Source: Eledone cirrhosa (Eukaryota). From it: 64,000 nucleotides of DNA. The stretch covers positions 144,336,001 through 144,400,000 of the forward strand of contig OZ024743.1 of assembly GCA_964016885.1 (NCBI GenBank). The letters are read 5' to 3'. A program made the translations under genes and the position numbers. The notes under the pieces were generated by a model that did not search any database, was not told the origin of the DNA, and saw only the letters and a list, made by a program, of their open reading frames with translations. This document shows, one piece after another, positions 1 to 9,395 of this stretch; the stretch's first letter is position 1; the number at the start of each line of letters is the position of its first letter.

Positions 1-300
1 TCCAGAGTCCTCGCTTTGCCTGGAAACTTATATGAGAATAGACTTTCCTGATGACGGGATGTTTCTCTACACCTTCTTCGGAAGATGTATCTACTCCATT
101 CCAGAAACTAATTAGTTGGAAGTGATATTTTAGTAAGTAAGTTAATTTTATAATTTTCTTATCTTACGTCTCTTATATTATTGTTCTGCAACCCCATGCA
201 TTGAACCACAATGTTATTAAGACAAAACCTATATATTTGCTAGCATCGATATGCATTTGTATGTATATATATGTTACTAGATATAAATTCTTTATTATTT

Positions 301-497
<197 letters not shown>

Positions 498-617
498 CAT
501 ATATATATACAACACATATATATATGCAACACACACACACCCTGACACACACACGCGCGCATAGATATTTAGAATTAAGGTGTTCGCTCCAACATATCTA
601 TATAAATATAAATATGT

Positions 618-974
618 GTATTTTGGATATCTAATGATATATGGTATGTTTATGAATAAACATTTGAAAGCCTTTAGCTATAAGTTTTGGCAGCTGATGG
701 TCGAACCAGCCGATAGCTCCGTATGCAAATGAAACCAATCAGCCCATGTACATAGGCGTCAAAACTATATTTTTTCGCCTATATTGGGCTCCGGCAGAAA
801 TCAAGGTAATGGGGAGCATTACCTTGATAACGACCATCAGTCAGAAACGGCCGTCGGTAATTTCCTCTTGCTTCTGCTAGAACTCGCCCGGCCATCAGCT
901 TCCAAAATGTATAGCTAAAGGCTTTCAAATGTTTATTTTTAAACATACTATGTATCATTACATATACAAAATAC
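618..974. mobile_element. MITE-like element with ~90-bp imperfect inverted repeats
   Basis: 618-711 (gtattttggatatctaatgat...aataaacatttgaaagcctttagctata..ttttggcagctgatgg) is the reverse complement of ~889-974 (ccatcagcttccaaaa..tatagctaaaggctttcaaatgtttatt...atcatta..caaaatac). Confidence 0.65.
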
Positions 975-1738
975 CCCCCCCCCCCCCTATACATATATCT
1001 TAAATAAAAATACAGACTATCCAACGGGCAGATCCCAGTAAAGTAATCTAAAATGAAATAAAAACTTCACAAGCATCTTACCCTGGGAGTAGAGTATTCG
1101 TTAAGTAACCTAAAGCTAGAGGGCTAACAAAATATTCCCTTTACTGTAGTTTCACGAGCAACAGAACAGAATTGAAATAATTGAGACAGTTCATTCTACT
1201 AGCAATGGCCTTATTGTCAGAGGGAGTTTTGATTGCCATTATAAGAAAAGGATATATTAACCTGTTGTAGAACATCATGTGCGTTCATTGATCCAAATTC
1301 CGGCTCAAAGAATATGTTGCCACTTCCTTTTGTTAAACATAACACAGCTGGGTCAGACATAGCAAGACCTGAAGTGCATGGGTTGGGGCCTGAAACAAAC
1401 TCGAACAACTATAATTTTGAAGAAAATAGAATCTATAAGATTTAAAAAAATATTTTTAAAATGAAAATCTTTTGCAGAAATTGATTCAAAATCACCCACA
1501 ATATTTTAATTAGTTTTTTCCCCTATAGAAAAATATGTATGAGTTATTTCCCTTATAGGTTTTTATTTTTTATTTTTTTTCAAATGTCTTGTCCCGCAAT
1601 CTGGGATGCCGGCCAAATCTTTTCCCTGCAACACAGTTTTAAAGCATTGAAATATAAATCAAATTCTATCATCTATCAGTCATCAAAACTCACAAAGAGA
1701 TGAAAAGAGATAGAGAGAAAGAAGGAGATAGATAGATA

Positions 1739-1739
<1 letters not shown>

Positions 1740-1817
<78 letters not shown>
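1740..1817. repeat. (CA)n(TA)n microsatellite
   Basis: Direct reading. Confidence 0.97.
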
Positions 1818-1818
<1 letters not shown>

Positions 1819-2005
1819 AATATTTTCATATCATTCCAATACAAAGGTCTGACGACATGGTGTGTTTGCTTACAGTGTACCTTCGGTTTATGATAATATT
1901 TTTATATTATTCAAATAGCGAGGTATAGGTAACCCATACACTATAGAAGCAATTGTTACCTAATAAATTCTTTATACCCGCATTTCCGTTTCATAAACTT
2001 CTTCT

Positions 2006-2007
<2 letters not shown>

Positions 2008-2086
<79 letters not shown>
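2008..2086. repeat. (TA)n(GA)n microsatellite
   Basis: Direct reading. Confidence 0.97.
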
Positions 2087-2091
<5 letters not shown>

Positions 2092-2195
2092 ATGTCTAGC
2101 ATCAGGAATGATGGTGTCCCAGCATTGACTAAAACAAATCAAAGAATAAGATTAAATTACTGTACAGTGCACATGTAATATATGCGTATCAATAA

Positions 2196-2196
<1 letters not shown>

Positions 2197-2226
<30 letters not shown>

Positions 2227-2291
2227 TGTATGTATGTATGTATGTATGTATGTATGTATGTATGTATGTATGTATGTATGTATGTATGTAT
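2197..2291. repeat. (TATG)n microsatellite
   Basis: Direct reading. Confidence 0.97.
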
Positions 2292-2828
2292 CTATGTCAG
2301 GTCGCTCTCAAGTGCTACTGGTAACATGTAACCCAGTACAACTTGTCTCATGGTCGGGTCGTCGGCGACTAAACCAGCAACCCCACCAAGCTAGCTTGAT
2401 GAGAGGGGTGATATTTGGACACTCTGCAGGATGAAATACAAGACCCCGCAAAGGGCGGAGGAACTCAGCAGAGTCAACGGCCATCCAAATAGTAGTTTGT
2501 TTTGTTTTTGTTTTCACCTGGGAGTGAAAGGCGCCCAGTTGTTATCACAACACATTTCTAGGAGCGAGAAACTCTGAAAAAAAGAAATGTGGCTTCGGAA
2601 GCATCCAATGATGTTGACCAGTTCTCCTTTTCGGGTAGTGTTTTCGATGCTCAGAGAGTGGGATTGGTCGAGTGCAAGGCCTTTCCCCACTTAAAAAAAA
2701 CCTTCAAAACACAGGCATTGCTTGTTCAGGATATTTTACAGGTTCGTATAGATCATAGCCTAAAAGTGCACCAAACTCTATAATCTGACAAGCGATTGCA
2801 ATACTCTCAGTAGAGTTTGCAGCCATCA

Positions 2829-2930
2829 TGTATGTATGCATGCATGTATGTATGCATGCATGCATGCATGTATGTATGTATGTATGTATGCATGTATGTA
2901 TGTATGTATGTATGTATGTATGTATGTATG
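2829..2930. repeat. (TATG/CATG)n microsatellite, probably a retroposon tail
   Basis: Direct reading. It follows ctcagtagagtttgcagccatc, which resembles ctcagcagagtcaacggccatc at ~2464. Confidence 0.9.
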
Positions 2931-3265
2931 TTGCCTTTGAGGCATCTCGAATCGCATACGAGAAAGTAAAGCGGGATGTGAGGAAGGGCATTGCTGTTGC
3001 ACTTCCAGACGGCGAGGGTCCTCCTATGGTGCTGACATGCAGCGTATGTGCGAGACTCTGCCTAAGCAAAGCTGGACTCGAAAGTCATCTTCGCAGTCAT
3101 AAAGTAAGACCAGTGGTTGACTACCAGGCTGCTGTTGGAGATGCTACTCATCATGCTTGCCAAACATGTGGTAGAGAATGTAAATCAGCAGGAGGGCTCA
3201 AGCGACATGCAAGAGTACACGAACTGGATTATTAGGCTAAGTTGACTCCGGCGGCTTTCAAAACC

Positions 3266-3266
<1 letters not shown>
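2931..3266 (+). mobile_element. 3' end of an RTE-clade LINE with two C2H2 zinc fingers
   Basis: AFEASRIAYEKVKRDVRK...CSVCARLCLSKAGLESHLRSH...CQTCGRECKSAGGLKRHARVH* matches the RTE C-terminal FE..R...KR..RK / C..C.R.C.S..GL.SH.R.H pattern. A short 3' UTR and (TA)n tail follow. Confidence 0.75.
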
Positions 3267-3362
<96 letters not shown>

Positions 3363-3400
3363 TATCTGTGGTGTGTGTGTGTGTGTATGTGTGTGCGTGC
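3266..3400. repeat. Compound (TA)n/(CA)n/(TG)n microsatellite
   Basis: Direct reading. Confidence 0.95.
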
Positions 3401-3470
3401 GCGGTCGCTCGTGTACATTTATATGTGTTTGCGTGCGTGTGTATCTGTGTGTGCATAAGAATAAATGTAT

Positions 3471-3660
3471 ATAATAATTGTTTCTACTTTTGGCACAAGG
3501 CCAGCAATTAACCCAGTGCATTACTGGTACTTTAATTTATCGACCCCGTAAGGATGAAAGGCAAAGTTAACCTCGGCGGGATTTGAACTCAGATCATAAA
3601 GGGAGGTAACTCCATGCTTCAAAGCATGGCGCCCGACCCTCTACCGATACTGCCAATCCA
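3471..3660 (-). mobile_element. tRNA-derived SINE (cephalopod-type, Meta-like core)
   Basis: Minus strand has an A box-like TGGCAGTATCGG and a B box GAGTTCAAATCC, then core GCCTTTCATCCTTACGGGGTCGATAAA..AGTACCAG and an (ATT)n tail. Confidence 0.8.
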
Positions 3661-3975
3661 AATAAACATGTTAACGTTAGCTTCTATGAATTTAACAAGC
3701 CAAGCTAGACGACACGCGGGTAGTGATTTCAGATAAAACCTGCTTTAATCACAACACCCACGCCACCACGCCACACCGCACACCCCGATAACTTGAAATC
3801 GTGTTCAAATTACCGGAATTTTTGATGGAGTCCATTTCAACTTTCCCTCTGGGGCAGCTTAAATGCTATTTTATTTTACACCCTATCATTTCAGATTACA
3901 AGAACAGAAAGAAGAATTTTTATTCTTTCAGTTCTTGTCTCATTTGTAGAATAGCTTAGATTAGAGCTACATATA

Positions 3976-4054
3976 TTGGGTCGTCAAGTATAAAAATTGT
4001 AGAAATTTGTTTTTTTTCTACAAATTTCTACAAATTTCATACTTGACCACCCAA
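3976..4054. mobile_element. 79-bp mariner-type palindromic MITE
   Basis: TA|ttgggtcgtcaagtataaaaattgtagaaatttgt ... acaaatttctacaaatttcatacttgaccacccaa|TA. ~35-bp TIRs, ~9-bp spacer, TA flanks. Confidence 0.75.
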
Positions 4055-4466
4055 TATTATAGGAGTGCAGTCATAAATAACCGTCAACTACGATGATAAA
4101 ACTACAAACAAAAATGATTTAAAATAAAATATTATATTTAAAAAATACAAAAAGAGAATTAGTTGTAGAAATTGACACAATAGCGACGTCAGTTAATTAG
4201 CATTCTCCGAAAAAGTTTTTCTGAAAAAAAAAAAAAGAAAAGAGTTGCTTCCCTTGAAGAATAAAAAAATGTTTTGCTGTTTTTAAACAACGATAGACAC
4301 ACATTAAGCAATGTAGTCTCAGATACTCATATAGACACATATAAATATCATTTTTTGTAAGATAAGATCGTCTCTGCGCACTTAGGTCCATCTATCCGGG
4401 TAGTTGCTCTATTTGCTAGAAATAGCAACCAATTTTCCATCGATTAGATGTGATTACATGTCAAGG

Positions 4467-4596
4467 TTTTGTTTTCTTTGGTTTTGTTTTGTGTTATGAT
4501 TTTTTTTCCTGTGTACGAAGAGATTAACAGAATTTGTTTTATTTTGTTTGGTTTTGTTTTATTATTTTTTTCTGTGTACGAGGAGATTAACAGAAT
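4467..4596. repeat. Two-copy ~63-bp tandem duplication
   Basis: tttggttttgtttt...ctgtgtacga(a/g)gagattaacagaat occurs twice. Confidence 0.8.
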
Positions 4597-4689
4597 ATGT
4601 TTTCCCTTTGGTCTGTTAAACCTGCGTTTTAACAACGAAGCTTAAAATTTATGTATATATTATATATTGAATTTATACTAAAGGCTGTG

Positions 4690-4782
4690 TTTGCCTTTCA
4701 TCCTTACGGGATCGATAAAATAAAGTACCAGTAATGTACTAGGTATTTGCTGGCCTTGTGCCAAAAGTAGAAACAATTATTA
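4690..4782 (+). mobile_element. 5'-truncated copy of the same SINE
   Basis: tttgcctttcatccttacgggatcgataaa...gctggccttgtgccaaaagtagaaacaattatta is the reverse complement of ~3472-3565. Confidence 0.8.
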
Positions 4783-4797
4783 AACTACATATAAATA

Positions 4798-5195
4798 TAG
4801 CCTAGTCTAGTCTGATCCCACCCTCATATCTGAGGGTTGGAGTTCATGGACTTATGGACCAGCACTCTCCATCTTTTCCTGTCTATTGCCATTGCCATAT
4901 ATTCCACCAAACTCCTTCCTGTCCATTCCTTAATATCATCTGTCCATCTCCTCTTCTGCCGTCCCCTGGCCCTTTTCCCTTGTATTCGACCCTCAAGGAT
5001 ATGGATAGTCAAATTTAGGTCCTGATGACATGACCAAAATACTGAAGTTTCTTTTTCCTTATTGTTTCAACCAACTGTCGATTGGCACCAATCTCTTCCA
5101 GGATAGATTCATTTGTTCTGTGAACTGTCCAGCTAATTCTAAGTGCACGCCTATAGCATGGCATTTTAAATGCACTTAGTCGTTTCAGGTCAGAT
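4798..5195 (-). mobile_element. RTE/BovB-like LINE 3' fragment (disrupted)
   Basis: RLSAFKMPCYRRALRISWT..TNESIL...KKLQYFGHVIR / ILEGRIQGKRARGRQKRRWTDDIKEWTG...DRKRWR, with a (CTAGA)-like tail. Confidence 0.9.
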
Positions 5196-5289
5196 GCCAA
5201 ATATATTAAACTGTATATAAACACAGATTTAACAAACCAAATGTTGCACTACTACTGCGATCATAAAATAATAACAATAATAATGAAAT

Positions 5290-6223
5290 TATTGTGTACA
5301 GTGCTCAGGTGCACTATAACTCATCAAAGGTGCATGTATAGTACATAGAATAATGTACAAATGTCAGGAAAATGAACAGCGTACGAGTCATGAAATACAT
5401 GTGTGCGTGTGTATGGGGGGGGGACACATCAGGTGTAGTGTTGGCGAATCTCAGGAAGCATGGAGGTTTTAAAGGATACAGTGTCTCGACAGCTAACAAC
5501 TGATGCAGGTAGTTTGTTCCATGCTTCAGTAACTCTGAGCGTGAAAAAATGTTTACGAAGTCATGGAAGCTGTACTGTTTTCTAACTTTGTTGGCATGCC
5601 CACGGGTGTTAGACACATGGAAATCAAAAAGGTACCAGGGTTGTTGTTGGCAAGATGGTTAATCATTTTTTGGGTGTTTACCAAGTCAGTTGCCAGGCGT
5701 CGGAGCTTCAATGTATCCATGCCCAGGGAAGCAAGGCGTTCAGAGTATGGTAGATGCCTGATGGAGGGTATTAGCTTGGTTGCATGTCTCTGAACAGTTT
5801 CCAGGCGGTCAATATTCTGAGCAAGATAGAATTTACATCATCAGTCTGGAACCCCTAAGTGTGATTGTACCATAGCTATATATAGCTTTAAATAGATAGC
5901 TGGAGAGCGGCTGACAAAGGTCTTGCTGAGTGATGCTAAGACACCCTCGGCCTTCTTGACAATTTTAGAGACGTGCTTCGTCCAACGCAAATCGCTGCTG
6001 ACCATAATGCCCAGGTCATGTTCACAAGAAGACTTCTTGATATTAGTGTTGTGGAGGGAGTATGTGGACGCTGGGTTTTTACTCCCCAAATGCTTGTGCA
6101 CAGTCAACTTGAGTTGCCAGTCCGTGATTCATTGTTCCATTGTGTCCAGGTCAGATTGCAGGCAAGATCTATAGTGTTCAGGATCTGTCCTTTTTATCTC
6201 AAGGTACAGCTGGATGTCATCAT
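5290..6223 (-). mobile_element. CR1-clade LINE, RT C-terminal half plus 3' UTR (5'-truncated, frameshifted)
   Basis: DDIQLY...LQSDLD...DLGIMVSSDLRWTKHV...LYIAMVQSHL...LETVQRHATKLIP...YSERL...RRLATDL...TRGH...WNKLP. Confidence 0.9.
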
Positions 6224-6298
6224 GATAAAAAAAGAAGTAGAAACTATATATTCACTAATATTAATTCAATAAATATATATTGTACACTCGAGTACATA

Positions 6299-6603
6299 CT
6301 CTCGAGTCTCGAATAATTGCCCCCATCCCGCTTATTAAATTTTGCTAAGCTATCTCCGGCGAAATTTTATTTTATGTGGTATCATTCCTGTGATAATTAA
6401 CTTTCTTCATACATTAAAAGAAACATTGTACATGACAAAAACAAAACAAAACAAAAAACTTTACAAGAAATCCCATACGTTATAAAAGTAAACTTAACAA
6501 TTGGTTCTGGTTTTTAAAAAAATCAAGGGAGACAACCTAGAAAAATTATCGATTTTCCAACAGCACCGCTTATCCCACCCCCATGTTATTTGGGACCCGA
6601 AAG
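6299..6603. mobile_element. Possible Tc1/mariner-superfamily MITE
   Basis: TA|ctctcgagtctcgaataa versus ttatttgggacccgaaag|TA (imperfect 18-bp TIR). ccgcttat occurs near both ends. Confidence 0.5.
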
Positions 6604-6730
6604 TACCACGAGAAAGTCATTCTGAATTCATTCTGTTTGCTAGAAATAGCAATCAGAACTTTCTCAATCTACATCTTTTAGTGTGTGCATATTTCTATCT
6701 ATCGCTCTTGTGGCAAATAAAGAAATATAT

Positions 6731-6734
<4 letters not shown>

Positions 6735-6770
<36 letters not shown>
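6735..6770. repeat. (GA)n microsatellite
   Basis: Direct reading. Confidence 0.97.
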
Positions 6771-6775
<5 letters not shown>

Positions 6776-6784
6776 ATATCGTAT

Positions 6785-7690
6785 GTGCACAACAACTCCT
6801 GCTCTGATGTTGAACCATTCAACATCACGCACTCGGTGCGCTAAGGTGGTCCTCTTTCGTCCCTGTTGAGGGGCATCTCGCGCGAACTAAGTTGTGGGAG
6901 ATCCGTGTTAGTATATGCCTATACCGTCACCGAAGTGGTGTCGAACACTAACCACACTGAGGTGATCGGCACCGCTCTCAGAGAGTAAGAAGCGTTAACA
7001 GGGTGAGAATTAACCAGATAAAGTCGCTGGGCCTGCAAGTCGGTATCTGGAGAAACAGGTCTATACCGTCCAATAGTGTCAATGGGTGGTGGGCGGATGG
7101 ACCGGCTAAATTGTTCGGTGTCTAGTTTGATTTAGACCTCCAGATGAATAAAAACTGGGAGCATATAACGAGCAGGGTAACCGCTCTGAACCAGAAAAGG
7201 GCTCAGAGAAAGCTATAGCTGAAAGGTTAGCCAGAGGTGGCGCGTAAGGCACGTTTTTCCGCAGCTTGTCTCTTTGACTGACCTGCAATCCTGGGTCAAG
7301 TGAAGACTGAGATTGGGCGCGTATGGTATCTGTAATGTTTTCAGGCACTCACAGCCCTCTATCAATCGGGAAATGCAGTCAGCGGAAATTCCACATTAGA
7401 GTTCTATAGAGGACTAGTGGTGGGCAAGTGCGATGGCGTTCTCGGGGGTCTCTCGGCAACGCCGATAACGAACCAGCCAGTCTGTTCCGGAGGATTTTCA
7501 GTCCAGGGCCTATGGATAATTTACAGACATCCCCGGCTTGGCATGCGGCCCGTAAACTACTTTTAAATGGCTTGACCTGCAAATCTAATGAAAACAGGTA
7601 ACCAATTATAAGATCAGCCAGGATTTGGCCATGTTTCTTCCCGGGGAAAGGTAGAATGTACTTTAATATTTCAGTCACTTTCGCTTGAAG
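6785..7690 (+). mobile_element. GC-richer decayed retroelement segment, possibly the 5' part of an R2-like element
   Basis: Hairpin-rich 5' part. Broken peptides PVCSGGFSVQGL....RHP and ISQDLAMFLPRGR resemble R2 N-terminal zinc finger and Myb motifs. Weak. Confidence 0.3.
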
Positions 7691-8035
7691 ATCAAAAATT
7701 AAAAGTAAAAATATGTATTTTATATACATTAAAAAAAACAAAATACATTCTTAATAACTTTAGTGAAACTTTAGTGAAATCTATATGTTTGGAGGGATGG
7801 CAGAGATTTTAGGGAACTAACTGACACAGCAGAACACGAGGAACATTTTTTGTTTCATAACGTTAGGGGTAGATTTTGCTTTTGTATTCCATGTTTTAAT
7901 AATACATATAGTACAACTTATTGCAATTTACTCACGAAATACAATAAAACGGAATTCATCAAAGGTGAAAATAGAAAAAAGGGAATTTACCAAAAGTAAA
8001 AACAGAATTAAAGAACATTTGAAACGGAAAATTTG

Positions 8036-8060
8036 GGTACCACTCTAGCGTGCTGTCTAC
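8036..8060 (+). repeat. Putative left terminal inverted repeat of a Merlin transposon
   Basis: GGTACCACTCTAGCGTGCTGTCTAC starts with GG as Merlin TIRs do and lies ~190 bp upstream of the transposase remnant. Its reverse complement matches the satellite monomer core. Confidence 0.65.
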
Positions 8061-8249
8061 TGCAGTATCCGTAATCTGCGCTATGAAATTTAGCATACGG
8101 TTTACCTTTTCATACATGACTGTATAAAAGGGCAATCAACGAACACCCACATCGGTATCCTTCTCAAACTGAACCTAATAACAACAGTGTAATATATTTT
8201 ACCCACTACAAAGCTGTTAACAGATTTCTACAGACGTGTCATTTTAACA

Positions 8250-8725
8250 GAGGATACACCACAAGAAGTAGATCCTTGCCATATATTTGGTAGCGTCGTG
8301 CAAGAAAAAGAAAACAAGTGACAGTGGTAGGGAATACTGGTCTGTACTTCGTTGTCCTCGAAAGAGGTGCCAAACTTTACGTTCTGTTTGGAAAGGAAAC
8401 TCATTTTTTCATTATATAGACATGTGTGGAACCATCGTTTCTCATCATCAATGGAGTAAGATGGTTGGGACAGACGACAGTCCCATTCAGATTGACGTGG
8501 CAAGATTTGCTGGTCGATAGAAATACAATCGTGGGGGAATGCTCCTCCCTTTGAAGAGTGTCGACGATGCAGAAAACAACCGGAACCATGGACGTAGAAT
8601 TAATAATCCTTAGATCTTTCATCTCAAAGAAGGCTCTGTCGATAATTTTACGGAGAATGACGTGAAGCACTGCATCTCAAAGAAGACTCTGTCGATAATA
8701 TTTCGGAGAATGACGTGAAGCACTG
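8250..8725 (+). pseudogene. Merlin / IS1595 (ISXO2-like) DDE transposase remnant, internally deleted
   Basis: PCHIFGS...LRCPRKRCQTLRSVWKGNSFF (Zn-ribbon-like), then IQIDVARFAGR*KYNRG (cf. VQIDES.F.KRKYNRGR) and in-frame NHGRRINNP*IF (cf. GPWVFG). Stops, a frameshift and deletions are present. Confidence 0.85.
8620..8725. repeat. 53-bp tandem duplication at the transposase deletion breakpoint
   Basis: catctcaaagaag(g/a)ctctgtcgataat...ggagaatgacgtgaagcactg starts at 8620 and again at 8673. Confidence 0.9.
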
Positions 8726-9056
8726 ATAAATTCCATCTTAATGATGACCAGTTGTGTAATATTTAGCCATTTTTGATTATCATGATTTTTGGTTATTATG
8801 ATTTGTTGTTATTAATAACAAATAAGTGTGTGTCATTAATAATACATCATTATTCAATTTGTTTTATCAGCTTGTAATATAAAATTCTTGTGGTAGAGAT
8901 AGGCTGCACTCTGAGATATAAAAGTACAGGAGGGCCGCACTCTAAAGTGTAAATGAATGTAAAAGTGAAGGTAGACTGCTCACGAAAGTACAAATTGCCT
9001 GGTAGACTGCACACACAGTATAAATGGCTTGGTAGACCTCACACTAAAGTATAAAT

Positions 9057-9395
9057 CAGGGGTTCTCAACCTGGTCCAAGTGGACCACTAGTGGTCCACA
9101 GGAAAATTCAGGTGGTCCACAGAAAACTTTCAATAGCAAATTCTTTTTTGATCCATGCATTTAACTTAAAGTGCTTTTCTTATTCTTCGCATAAGTGCGA
9201 CTTCAGCTGTTTATTTGCGTAGATTTTTAGGCACTGCGACATGATAATAGCATTTTCTAATTCATTGAAAAAAAAACATCTAAAGATGCTTATAAGTAGC
9301 AGTTCCATTACAAAAGATTTAAAAGTTTAGGTGGTCCACAGGAAAAAATTACTTATTTTGGTGGTCCACAGTGAAAAAAAGGTTGAGAACCCCAG
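9057..9395. mobile_element. hAT (Charlie/Buster-type) MITE inserted in the satellite edge
   Basis: TIRs caggggttctcaacc / ggttgagaaccccag, repeated subterminal gtggtccac motifs at both ends, and left flank gtaTAaat fitting the nnnTAnnn target. Confidence 0.85.

Noticed and set aside
2828-3235. Host C2H2 zinc-finger gene
   Set aside because: The ATG lies in the microsatellite, there is no TGEKP linker, and the flanking motifs and tail match an RTE LINE C-terminus.
3570-3660. tRNA gene
   Set aside because: The A/B boxes belong to a SINE head followed by core and tail, and no proper cloverleaf is evident.
7060-7090. YRPIVS as a Penelope RT motif
   Set aside because: No flanking RT motifs in any frame, so probably chance.
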